A stretch of DNA of 63,975 nt, taken from Octopus bimaculoides. Taxonomy: Eukaryota. The stretch is taken from positions 4,963,303 through 5,027,277 of the forward strand of contig NC_068999.1 in the NCBI RefSeq assembly GCF_001194135.2, in the 5' to 3' direction. The notes beneath the pieces are model-generated. The model was not told the origin of the DNA. It was given only the letters and a program-made list of their open reading frames with translations, and searched no databases. The translations under genes and the position numbers were made by a program. Every line of letters starts with the position of its first letter. Position 1 is the first letter of the stretch. Below, in pieces: positions 25,401 through 37,792 of this stretch.

Positions 25401-25670
25401 ATGCGAACAGACGAAGACGACGACAACATATTTGAGCCTGATCCACTACTAAATTGTGAACAGAACCCTGAATACCCTATGATTCATCCGTGTGTTGATC
25501 CGCCTCTCTGCAGCAACTGCCAGAAATCCGAACTCTCATTCTTCGACCCCAACTGTCCAGGATGTCATGAAATCTTACTCCGTCCTACCACTTTGGTTCC
25601 AGAAATTTTTGCCATTCTACGGCAATGGACACCACAAACCCAACAGAATATAGAACTTCTAGTCGATCAA
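25401..25670 (+). CDS. CLIP4: CLIP4-like coding exon 1 (MRTDEDDD...ELLVDQ)
   Basis: Poly-T acceptor ...TTTACAG ends at 25399, ATG at 25401, donor GTAAGC at 25671, phase 0. Contains the [14 protein letters not shown] and [15 protein letters not shown] family motifs. Confidence 0.9.
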
Positions 25671-28600
25671 GTAAGCCCCTTTGTTTTAATTTCTGACTCA
25701 CTTGGATTTTAGGGGTTACAAAACCCTAAAAAAAAGGTAAAGGGTCAAGGAGATTTTGTTTTGGTGATAGGAAAATCCCTCTTATATGAAAATAAAGATA
25801 GAATGTAAATTTTGGTGACAAAATGTAGATAAGCCCCAGGGAAATTATATGCACCCAAATCTTTTTGTGTACTCTAAAGATATTAAAATATAAAGTACTG
25901 AGTACATTTAAAGTTTTGATTTAAAAAAACAAAAAGGCATAACCATGACATGCATGTGAGTATGATTTGGTTGCAAGTACCATGCTATCACTAAGTGTTG
26001 AAGGTGCCTGTGTAGTTACAAGCAGACACAGACAACCATCTTGGCTTTCCCACTCTAGGCCTATTGGAATATTGAGGATATGACAGCTGGAAGTAGAGGG
26101 GGCCGCACCAGCAGTTGGGTGATATTCATTCACAACTGAGTAGACTGGAGTAAAATGAAATGAAGTGCCTTGCTCAAGGACAACTCATTGCCTCGTTCAG
26201 GAATTGAACCTATGACTAGGGACCAACACCCTATCCACTTGGCCACATGCGTTTAGGTTTTGATCACAGAATTTGAAATATTACAAGAAGTCGTTGGTCT
26301 CTCAACCAAATGATAATTAAAATAGGATTTTAATGAATTTTAAAATAATCATTTATCAGCTACATTTAATTTTCTCCATTAACATATGAAGTAGCCTGGT
26401 TTAGGTTTTGTGGCCCTTGGCTATTACACATCCTTAACATGGCAAGGACGGCATCATCACAAAGACTGGTTTTGCCCTTCCGGGACAGAAAATACTTCAA
26501 ACATCAAACATTCTATCTCTTTTACTCCAATATCACACATACACGCACACACACGCATGCACGCACAAATACACACACACACACACACACACACAATGTT
26601 TAGACACTCATGTGCACAGTTATTTGTTGTTGTTTAGCCCCTGGTCAGCCATGGTGGAACGGACTTGATGGTCAAAGTTGAAACAACACCACCACTTGAG
26701 AGTCAGGTTACTTAGTGAAGTTTCTTAAGATGTTGACCTTGAAACAAATAATGATGATGATGATGATGATGTTAGATTGTAAAGGCATGGTGAAAGGGAT
26801 GTGGCATCACCTTCCACTTGTACTTTTGATTGTTCCTTAATGGCTGAGTCAGCTGGCCTACCACCACCACCACCACCACCTCTTCAACAACACATCACTG
26901 CCACCACCACCACCACCACCACCGCTGACCCACTGACCTTACTTGAAGTATTGGACTCTTTTCTACTATTTCATTTCCTTTCCTGATATGTATATATATA
27001 TATCTCTCTCTCTCTATCTCTTTCTCTTTCACTCTTTCTCTTTCAACTCCTACCCTTACTAACTTTCTCTCACTCCTCTTTCTCCCTGTTGGTCTATCCT
27101 TTCTGTCTGTCTGTCACTCACTCACTCACTCATCCACCTCTACTCTCACTCGCCCATCTATACGCTCACTCATTCCCTCACTCATGTTCTGCCACTCTAA
27201 CAATGTCTTGGTGTTACTCTCAACAAAGTTAAACTGCCATGATTGACTAAAATGGTTTTATTTGTAATTACCAGTCAAAATGCTCAGCAGCATCCTGAGT
27301 TCAAATTCTGCCAAGGTTGACTTTGCCTTTTATCCTTTCAGGGTCGATAAACTAGGTACCAGTGGTGCACTGGGGTTGATATGATTGATTTATCCCCTTC
27401 TTTGAAAATGCTGGCCTTGTGCCAAAATTTGAAACCATTTATTTGTAATTAGTTATTACTACCTTGATAGTCCTAGCTATACTATATCTGACTAAAAGAC
27501 AGGAAGGTCACATCCGGAACAGCTTTGAGCATAGATTTGTTGGTTCAGAGCTGATGAATGACATTAATTAAAGCAGTCCTAGATAGACTGTGTCTCAATT
27601 AAAGACATGATGGTCTTTGATCGTAGATTTGCTGGTTCAGAACTGATGAAAAACACATTAGTTAATTTAGTCCTAGATGTGGTGGTGGTGGTTGTTGTTG
27701 CTGTTGTTGTTACTGTTGCTGTTGTTGTTGTTGTTGTTTCCAACCCACACAAACAAGGAAACCAATGTGTAACTATTTCAATGCTAGTAGATGAATTGAT
27801 AGGCTAAAAGAGACCTGAATGAAATAAGCAGATGGTTAGATGGATGGTTAGATGGATGGGGTTGACAGGCAGACGCATGGGTGACATGGGTGGGTAGATA
27901 GTCAGATAGCGGATGCACAGACAGATGGGTGGGAGAGACTCAAATAGCTAGACAAATAGATCAACATGGTTTACTAGATAGACAAGTAAGTAGATACGTT
28001 TCTTTATTAGCCACACAGAGGGGACAAGTTCCAAAGTAGAGCTTTTTCTTTTGGGGGAGGAGAAGGAAGGAAAGAAAAAAGAGGGGGTAGATTTTTGATC
28101 AAAAGAGATCGTAAAAATGAAAAACCATCAATAGGGATCTTGTATCACAGAAATGTCATGATGTAAAGTGTGAAAGGGGAGAAACAGATTAGGTTTATCT
28201 GTGGGAGGAAAAGCCTACGGAAAAGACCACGGTAACCTTGGGCCATAATGTCATCCAGAAAAACACATTACAGTGACTTTCTTTTTACCTTTTGTTTTTC
28301 TGGTTCATAGGGTTATACTAAAAGGTGACTCCGTCATTCACACCTGCCATCCTTGCTACATTCACCCATCTTTTCTTGAAGCATTCAGTGGACAGAACTT
28401 CCCCCTCTACTCTTACCTTCCTCTTCAAGAGATGCTTGAAGAAGTTGATGAGAGATTCACCAGAGAGGAAAGTGTTTGTCTCCAGACCTTTCAGATGTGT
28501 CTACCATACACTTTCTTTCACCATAGCCACAAGTACAATGAAAATGGCTCTTCCCTCCTGTTTCAAGAAAGAAGGCACGACACTATTCACGATAGACTCA

Positions 28601-29662
28601 GCTGATAAACTAACTCGTCCCACACACGATAACAGTCGTTCGACATAAGCCCACAGGTTGGGAATGGTTGGACACTGTACGAGTGCATGCAAAATAGACA
28701 GACAGATAAATAGCAAAAATAGATAGATAGATAGACAAATAGACAGACAGGCAGACAAACAAAGACAGACAGACACAGGGGTAGCTACACAGATAAGCAG
28801 TATATATATATATACACACAAGAAGGTTTATGATAGGCATAGGTATGTGTGGTAAGAAGCTTACTTCCCAGTCACATGGTTCTGGGTTCCGTCCCACTGT
28901 GAGGCACCTTGGGCAAGTGTCTTCTGCTATAGCCACAGGCTGACCAAAGCCTTGTGAGTGGATTTGGTAGACATAAGTGCGTGTGTGTGTGTGTCCGTTT
29001 GTCCCCCACCACTACTTGACAACCAGCGCTGGTTTGTTTACATCCCCATAACTTAGCGGTTCGGCAAAAGTGACTGATAGGATAAGTACTAGGCATTAAA
29101 ATAACAAAAACAAAGTACTAGGGTTTAATCATTTGACTGAAAATTCTTGAAAGCGGTGCCCCAGCATGGCCACAGTCTAATGACTGAAACAAGCAAAAGC
29201 TAAAAGATATCTTTAACACACACACACACACACACAGACAATTATGTATGTAGACCCTGTCCTGCATGTGTCTGTGTGTATATATTCAGCTGTTTTACAT
29301 AACAACCAGACTCTATTCAGTGTGGCACATCTTAACATCATAATTTACATATTGCGGTCTTGATAACAATACATACCACCACCACCACCACCACCACCAT
29401 TAATATAACTACTGCTACTGCTACCACCACCACCACCACCACTACCAGAACCATCATCACCACCACCACCGCCACCACCACCACTACCACCACCATCACC
29501 ATGTGCCCATGGCTATATCCAGATATATACCATATTCCATTAAAACTTCGCATTGCCTCTTTTGTTCTCCAGACTTTTTCCTCGGGACTACATTGCAGAC
29601 TTCACCTAATTCTATGCTGCTGCTACTGCTGCTGCAAGGAAACTTCTCTTGAGCTCTGGCTT

Positions 29663-29693
<31 letters not shown>

Positions 29694-29952
29694 TGTGTAC
29701 ATGTATGTACTTGTGAATATATTTGTATGTATGTGTATAATCTATATACATGTGAGTATGTGTGTATATATGCACATGTGTGTGAATATATGTTTGCACA
29801 TACACACATGCATATACATATACGCACATGAACGCACAAGGTGTATATGTACATCCATATATAGCATTTGAATATTTTTTTCATGTTTTCAAGTTCCTGA
29901 TAGATTTATGAGACATGTACCTCTGCATGTGGGTGTGGGTGTAATATGCCTG

Positions 29953-29990
<38 letters not shown>

Positions 29991-30421
29991 CATATACATA
30001 TCATATAACTATAAGGGATTTTAGGTATGTTGTGTATATATATGTATATATGATGATGATGATATATAATATATATAGGGAGAGAGAGATTTCAGATGCC
30101 TTGTCTTTACTTTATATACATAACTGTGTATATATACAAGCATACATACACACACACATATATATCCTCTGTGTAGTGGGTTGATCCACTACTCAGGAAG
30201 AGACTATTCTAGAGTACGTTCCTGTCTTATCTTCGAAACGTCTAGATAGAATAGAGACAGCTGATGAAGGGATATTCCAAGTGGCTTTCCGTTTTCCTAT
30301 ATGTTCGTTCCGTTGTCTGTAGTTTATTGTTCTAACGTCCTGTACCCTGATATGCATGTATATACACATGTAGATGTAAGTATGTACATATATGTGTGTA
30401 TACATGTATATATATTCTTTG

Positions 30422-30457
<36 letters not shown>

Positions 30458-31060
30458 CACTCACAAAAATACATACATGCTCAAATAACATACTCATTTA
30501 CAAGTTTTTACACACACATACAAACACCCACATAATTTGTACATTCACAAACACTTCCAAACGGATATTTATATACACTCACACACATTTATGCACACAA
30601 ATAATGACACGCAATCCTATACACTCACATTATCAATAAATAGCTGGGGTGTTTCTGTTTTTTTTTTTGTTGGTTTTTTTTTTTTTTTTTTNNNNNNNNN
30701 NGTTTTTTTTTTTGTTGGTTTTTTTTTTTTCTTTTTTGGTTTCTAATATTGTTTGTTTGACAGTAAATAATGTTTGTTACTTAATTTCGAGAATTTTTTG
30801 ATGTGCGAATATTCATGTAGCTCCACATTTGCGTATAAATGTGTGTGTGTGTATATGTGTGTGTTTGTGTGTGTATATTTGTGTGTGTTTGTGTGTATAT
30901 GTGTGTGTTTGTGTGTATATATATATGTATGTGTGTATATATGTGTGTGTATATATGTGTGTGTGTATATATGTATGTGTGTGTATATATATATATGTAT
31001 GTGTGTGTATATATATGTGTGCATGTGTATATATGTGTGTGTGTATATATNNNNNNNNNN

Positions 31061-31108
<48 letters not shown>

Positions 31109-34100
31109 GTGTGTGTGCCTAATATTGGTACATTGGTATTCCAAAAAAGCAATCTTTTAAAAAGCTTTTTAGTATCCTGTACTAAAAACGTTGCAGTAGC
31201 CTCAACTGCTACCACCAACCACCACCACCACCACCACCATCACCTACATCACTGTCTGTCAGTTGTTTTGTTATTATTAATGGAGTTGTTCGGACTTGTC
31301 AGTGTGTGTGCGTATACACATGCTGACAAGTTCAAACAACTCCATTAATACATACATACATACAGAATTATATGTGTGTGTGTATACATATTTTTGGATG
31401 TGTAGATATACGTATTCAGAGTATCTGTGTACATACACACACACACACAGGCCTGAGTGGTGTACACCACCATTATTAGCGGCTACTTGGTGAGAATGTT
31501 TCTGTTTCTCCCGTTGTTCCCTTCAATTCCCACCAAAAGACCATAATGTTAAGCTATAAAACACCAATCCACAAAGTGGAAAATCATTGTGGTTTGTCAT
31601 GTGGAAGGGAAGAGATTCTCATATTGTGAGTGACATAGGTGTTCTTCGATTGGATAATAATTTTAGTTTATTGTGCAGAAAAACAGGGGTCTCATATTGT
31701 AGGAGTTCGGTGGGGATGGGGCTTGTGGTGGTAGTGGTGGTGGGGGTCGTAGAACCCTTTGTAGGAGAATCAGTTTGTTTTGTTGCATGGGAGAGAATGG
31801 GGTGAGGGGTTGGAGGGGGGAGGACTTCATTGGAAAATAATAGGAGAATAATGGTTTTTTTCAACTGTTTTAAATGGTGGTGATGGTAGTGGGGGGGGGG
31901 GGGTAGTGATAGTAATGGCAGTGTTAGTGGTGGTGGTCTTGGTGACAGTACTGACAGTGGTTAGGATGTTGGTATTGATGATGATGATGGTGATGGTGGT
32001 AGTGGTGGAGCTAGTGATGGTATTGGTTGAACCAATTTGCTTTCTCTAATTTGTGACATAAATTTAGGAGTGGCTGTGTGGTAAGTAGCTTGCTTACAAA
32101 TCAGATGGTCCCGGGTTCAGTCCTACTGCGTGGCACCTTGGGCAAGTGTCTTCTACTACTATAGCCTTGGGCCAACCAAAGCTTTGTGAGTGGATTTGGT
32201 CGACGGAAACTGAAAGAATCCCATCGTATATATATCAAAATAAGCAACAAGGATATCCAGTTATCTTTTGGGTGGAGGGATAAAATAAGTACCAGTTGAC
32301 ACTGCATCCTTCCAAAACTCTGTCATCATTATCATCATCATTTAACTTCTGTTTTCCATGCTGGCATGGGTTGGACAGTTTGACAGGAGCTGGCAAGCCA
32401 GAAAGTTGCGCCAGGCTCCTCTTGTCTGTTGTGGCATGTACTTACAATACAACAAACTATTATAGTTTCTATGTTTGATCTTTTTTATATGTTTATATAG
32501 TCAATAGGAAAGATAATAAACATGATCTTTCACAGGGTCTCCAAGGCAAGGGATGAGAAGGGAGTGAGGAGGAGGGTATCCTCAAACTGGGCAACCTGGA
32601 TTGAATGTCTGCAACAGAGTGGGGTCCAATAAAGGCGCCTAACAGGCCAGGTGATGGTGTTAAACTCTGTGTGGGTGTTTTTTTTTTGTTTTTTTTTTTT
32701 AGTCAAGTCTGTCACCCAAGTAGGTCAAGGGGAGAGGGATCTGAACTCAGAACACAAAGGCATCTTGTAGTATTGTTGTTCTTTTGATTATATGGCAATT
32801 ACACGTACGCATGCATGCACATGTGCACACAAACACTCCCAGCTACATATACAAAAATACAAGCGTATATACACAAACATGCACTTACCTCCTCCTCCCA
32901 CTCCACACCCACAAACACACGTACACAGGCACACAATTAGCAATTTTGGTTTTTAGTGTAACAATCCTGGAATTTCATAATTTCCAATTATGCAGAAATA
33001 CCAAAACAGGCACAATTTGAAAATTTAAATTCCATTTCAATTTGTTAGGATTGTAAATAAAAACAAAATTTTATCCAATTCCTTGTGAAATATGTTTTGT
33101 CAAAATAGTGAATTTTTTTTTGTTTTTTTGTTTTATTAATTTCTTAATTATTCATTTGATGATTATTCTAAGATAAAGCCAAAAAATCAAACAAGCAGTA
33201 GAAACATTTTTCTTGGTGCAGGCATAGCAGTTTTGATAAGAAGTTCACTTTGGAACCATCAGGTTTCAGGTTCAACCCCACTGTGCAGCACCTTAGGCAA
33301 GTGTCTTCTACTCTAGTCCCATAGCCAGACAATGTGAGTGAATTTGGTAGATGGAAACTGGGAGGAAGCTCTTTGCATCATTATTGTCATCATCATTTAA
33401 CGTCCATTTTCCATGCTGGCATGGGTTGGATGGTTTGGCACCTCACAGCCAAGCACAAAACAAAACAACATGAGCTTACAACATACATATATATATATAT
33501 ATCTCTGATGTGTAGGTATGAAGAATATTGGAGCAGGGCGCATTATATTTAAGATCAAATTGTGCTTGAGTAAATGAATATAGTTGGCCCATTTGAAAGA
33601 AAAATCTTTGATTTGGCATCGAGTTTTGTTTAGAAGAAAAATATATCTGAGATGGAAAAGCAATAAACAAAAAAAATAATGTTAATAATTAAAAAAAGAA
33701 AATTAATGTAGGTAAGTGTANNNNNNNNNNNNNNNNNNNNNNNNNNNNNNNNNNNNNNNNNNNNNNNNNNNNNNNNNNNNNNNNNNNNNNNNNNNNNNNN
33801 NNNNNNNNNNNNNNNNNNNNNNNNNNNNNNNNNNNNNNNNNNNNNNNNNNNNNNNNNNNNNNNNNNNNNNNNNNNNNNNNNNNNNNNNNNNNNNNNNNNN
33901 NNNNNNNNNNNNNNNNNNNNNNNNNNNNNNNNNNNNNNNNNNNNNNNNNNNNNNNNNNNNNNNNNNNNNNNNNNNNNNNNNNNNNNNNNNNNNNNNNNNN
34001 NNNNNNNNNNNNNNNNNNNNNNNNNNNNNNNNNNNNNNNNNNNNNNNNNNGCACAGAGACACGTATTTGAGCCTCAGACTAATACACCTTGTTTGGTTTT

Positions 34101-34163
34101 TTACTTCATTTTCATGTTGTTTTTTTTTTTGGTAGCTTATGTGTTTGTATATACATATATATA

Positions 34164-34199
<36 letters not shown>

Positions 34200-37100
34200 T
34201 TCTGTAAAATATTCCCCTGTTGTTGGTTATTCTTCTACCAGAAGTTCTCCCTGACCTTCAAACAATCTGTTTATTTATTCTTCCATTGTTCAATTGTTCC
34301 AAATTAATGTGGCACTACCATTTATATTTTAACCATAATCTTTAATTCTCTTTCCTACACAACTTATGTTTATTTGATTCTATTTTTATTTTATTTTATT
34401 CTCATTTTTAGCGGAGGGTGGAATTTTAATCTCCTAAATTGTAAAATATTATAGCTGGAGGTGACTGTTCTCTTAATTAAAATAATTTAATTTCTAATAA
34501 GCATTAATAAAATTACTCAAGAGATTGATAAAATATCGATTTCTAATTTAGGCATAAAGCCTCAAATTTTGAGAGAAGGGAGCAGTTATGTTCCCCCGCG
34601 TAGCCTTAGCATTTGGCTGGTGTTTGTTTTATTTAAGCCCAATACTCCACAGACACGTGTACCCTTAACGTAGTTCTCAGGGATATTCAGCATGACACAG
34701 AATGTGACAAGGCTGGCCCCTTTGAAGTACAAGTACTACTCATCTTTGCCAGCTGAGGGGACTGGAGTAACGTGGGATAAAGTGTCTTGCTCAAGGACAC
34801 AATGCACTGCCAGGAATCGAACTCGTGATCTTATGACTGTGAGCTAGAAGACACTTGCCAAAATTGCTGTGTAGCGAGATTGAACACAGAAACAATGTGG
34901 TTCTGAAAAGAACTTGTGAAGTGCACAACCAAGTATACAATGGACTGTGAGTTGTTGATGTAGAAAAAGACAGGATGGTCGTGGATGGACAGCATTGATC
35001 ATATGTCTGCTTGAACAAGCCTGACCTGGGGCTAAACAGCAAAACTACACTGCTTTCTGCTGGTTCTGTGGTACACGTTCGCAGCTCAGTGGACTGAGGT
35101 GACATGTTTGATCCATCTTGGTCCTGTTACGAGGTGCTAATCATGGAAACTCAGAGGGTCAAACTCGTGTTGTACAAGCATTTATCACTATGATCCAATG
35201 ACATACAGATGTCTCTTTGTGGTGGCCACATTTGTCATTCTGTCCCATGGCAATAAAGGAGAGGCGACATGTGCAAACTTAACCAGTTGGCAGCACTCAG
35301 TTATGCAGATGTGTAGCAGGACACTATACAAGCTAGCAATCATCTGTGAAAATGGAACAATCACCATATATATATATATATATAATTGCTCATATCATTA
35401 ACAAGGGATCTATCATTATACATTGTCACTTTGTTATTGATCCAAACATCTGCTGCTCTTTGAATATATTTGCATATATTAATTTTAGCAAATCCCCAGA
35501 CATATATGTGAATGGAGGGAGTTGGGGGTAGTCCTCCTCTCTCCTCCACTCTCACTCAAAAAAGACAATTGCTGTGAGTATGAGTGGAGGGTGAGGGACG
35601 GGGGGGGGGTACCGGCTACTCACACAGCAAACAATTCAGACCATTGTGAGTCATTTACTGGTTAAGATTTAATAGTTTAAACGAAACTAGTTAATTAGCT
35701 TAACAAGTTTGTGTATTATTGTCAAGTGTGCAAGATCACAAAATGGTGTATAACAGCAACCCTTCTTGGTGTGTGTGTGTGTGTGTGTATGCACAGATAT
35801 ATGATGTATACAGGCTATACATCATACATGAGCCATTATATACAGCTTAGATCGTTACATTCCTCAGTAATTAAGTCAGTTGTATTGCATTAAATTGGAA
35901 AGTAGATGCTGTTGTGTCCTGATAGCATGTTGTGATGCTTGTGTTGTGTGTGTGTGTGTGTGTGTGTCTAGTAATGGTTGTATATAAAGCGGTTTTGTAT
36001 AATATCGTGTGTGTGTTTGTTTGATGATGGCTGTATGTGTGCATGTGTAGTGAGATGTAAGTAATGTTTTATGTGTGTGTGTTGTAATGTGTGTGGGTGG
36101 TGGAAAGATGCATTCGGGGGTTGTAGTAGTCAGGCTGTTTCATTGTGTGCAGAACAGTGTATAATACGTATGTGTATATGTGTGTATATATGCGATGTGG
36201 AGGGGGGGAGAAGAGATCTAGTGTGGGTGGTGGTGGTGGTGGTGGTGAGGCTGTCCTTAATTATTTCCTAACTTAAGACGTCATTTACACAATGGGATTT
36301 ATTGCTAAGCAACAATTTTTCTTATACTAAATTCTCTTGTGTATGTCAGAATGGTGGTGGTGGGTGTGTATGTAGTGATGTGTGTACGGCGGCGGTGGTG
36401 GTGGTGNNNNNNNNNNNNNNNNNNNNNNNNNNNNNNNNNNNNNNNNNNNNNNNGTGTGTATAGTTAGATGGTGTGTGTGTGCGTTGTTGTTATTAGTGGT
36501 GATGGTGGTATTGCATCGTTTTGGTGGTTTTCTGTGGTCATGGTATGTGGTGGTGATATTAAAACACACCACACACACACACACACACACACACTGTTGT
36601 GTATATCTCATTATTTACTAATCAATGTCATTGTTGTTGTTGTTGTTGTTTAATTATAACTCACCTGGCCTTAAGAATTTGCTCCAGTCTTTCTTTAATT
36701 AAATTTCTCCTCTCTCTCTCTCTCTTTCCTCATTCTCTGTTTTTTTTTTCTTTTAGTTCTTGTATGTACATGCACTATGGCCAAATGCTTTCTTCTTTCT
36801 TTCCTCTTATAGGAGCATGTGTGAATATGCATGTGTGTATGTGTGAGTATGTATGAGTGTGTGTGTGTGTGTATACACATATTTAAACATACATACGTTC
36901 ATTTATATACATTGTTTGTTTTCTATGTCTGTTTTTTTCATGTTAGCATGTGCAAGTATATTTATATATGTATATATATGTAGTCTCTTTTTGTCTGTTT
37001 TTCTGTGTTAGTATGGGTTAGACATGTATATCATTAAAGCATTGTTTTACATCCAAATGCTCTTCCTATCACTAACCATTGTCTGTTTGTTTGTTTGTTG

Positions 37101-37761
37101 GTTGTTTTTTTTTGGTTCAAGTAAGGGATTTCTTTATTGGCCACAAGTGCCAAAAAAAAATGATAATACAAAAAGACAAAAGACAGAGGGGGTAATGTTT
37201 GACCTTATGTCTCACCATCTGTCTGTGTGTCCAAGCAAACATCCATGTATCCATCTTTGCATTTTCCAGATACTCGAAAGAGGAGCCAACATCAACGACC
37301 GTGATGGTTTAACAGACATGACCCTGCTACATTATGCCAGTAAAGCAGGTGCTAGTGGAGTTGGTGATGCAGAGATGGCCAGTCGTGTGGTGACAATGTT
37401 GCTGGACAAAGGGGCCGACCCCTTTATCCGGTGTCGATGGACCAACATGACTGCCTTACATTATGCTGCTTATTTTGATATTGCACCAGCCATCAAGATT
37501 CTCCTGAAAACAACAAAAGCAATTGGTAAGTGCGGAACCTCTCTGGTGTGTGTGAGAAGCAGTGGGGAGGGTGAGACACGGAAAGAGAAAAGGGGTTGGA
37601 GGGAGGGTGGAGAAGTGGTCATGTGTGCGTGTCAGGTAGGTGTATGTCAGGTTGGTGGGGTGTGGTTTTGTGAATGTGTGTGTGTCAGGTAGGTGAGGCG
37701 GTGATGTGTTTTTGTGTGTGTGGGTATGAGAGTGTGCACATGTGGGGGTGGTATTGGGGAA

Positions 37762-37792
<31 letters not shown>

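Noticed and set aside
37024-37692. 222-aa ORF as a stand-alone gene
   Set aside because: Only 37270-37525 is ankyrin-like and bounded by splice sites; the rest is intron read-through.
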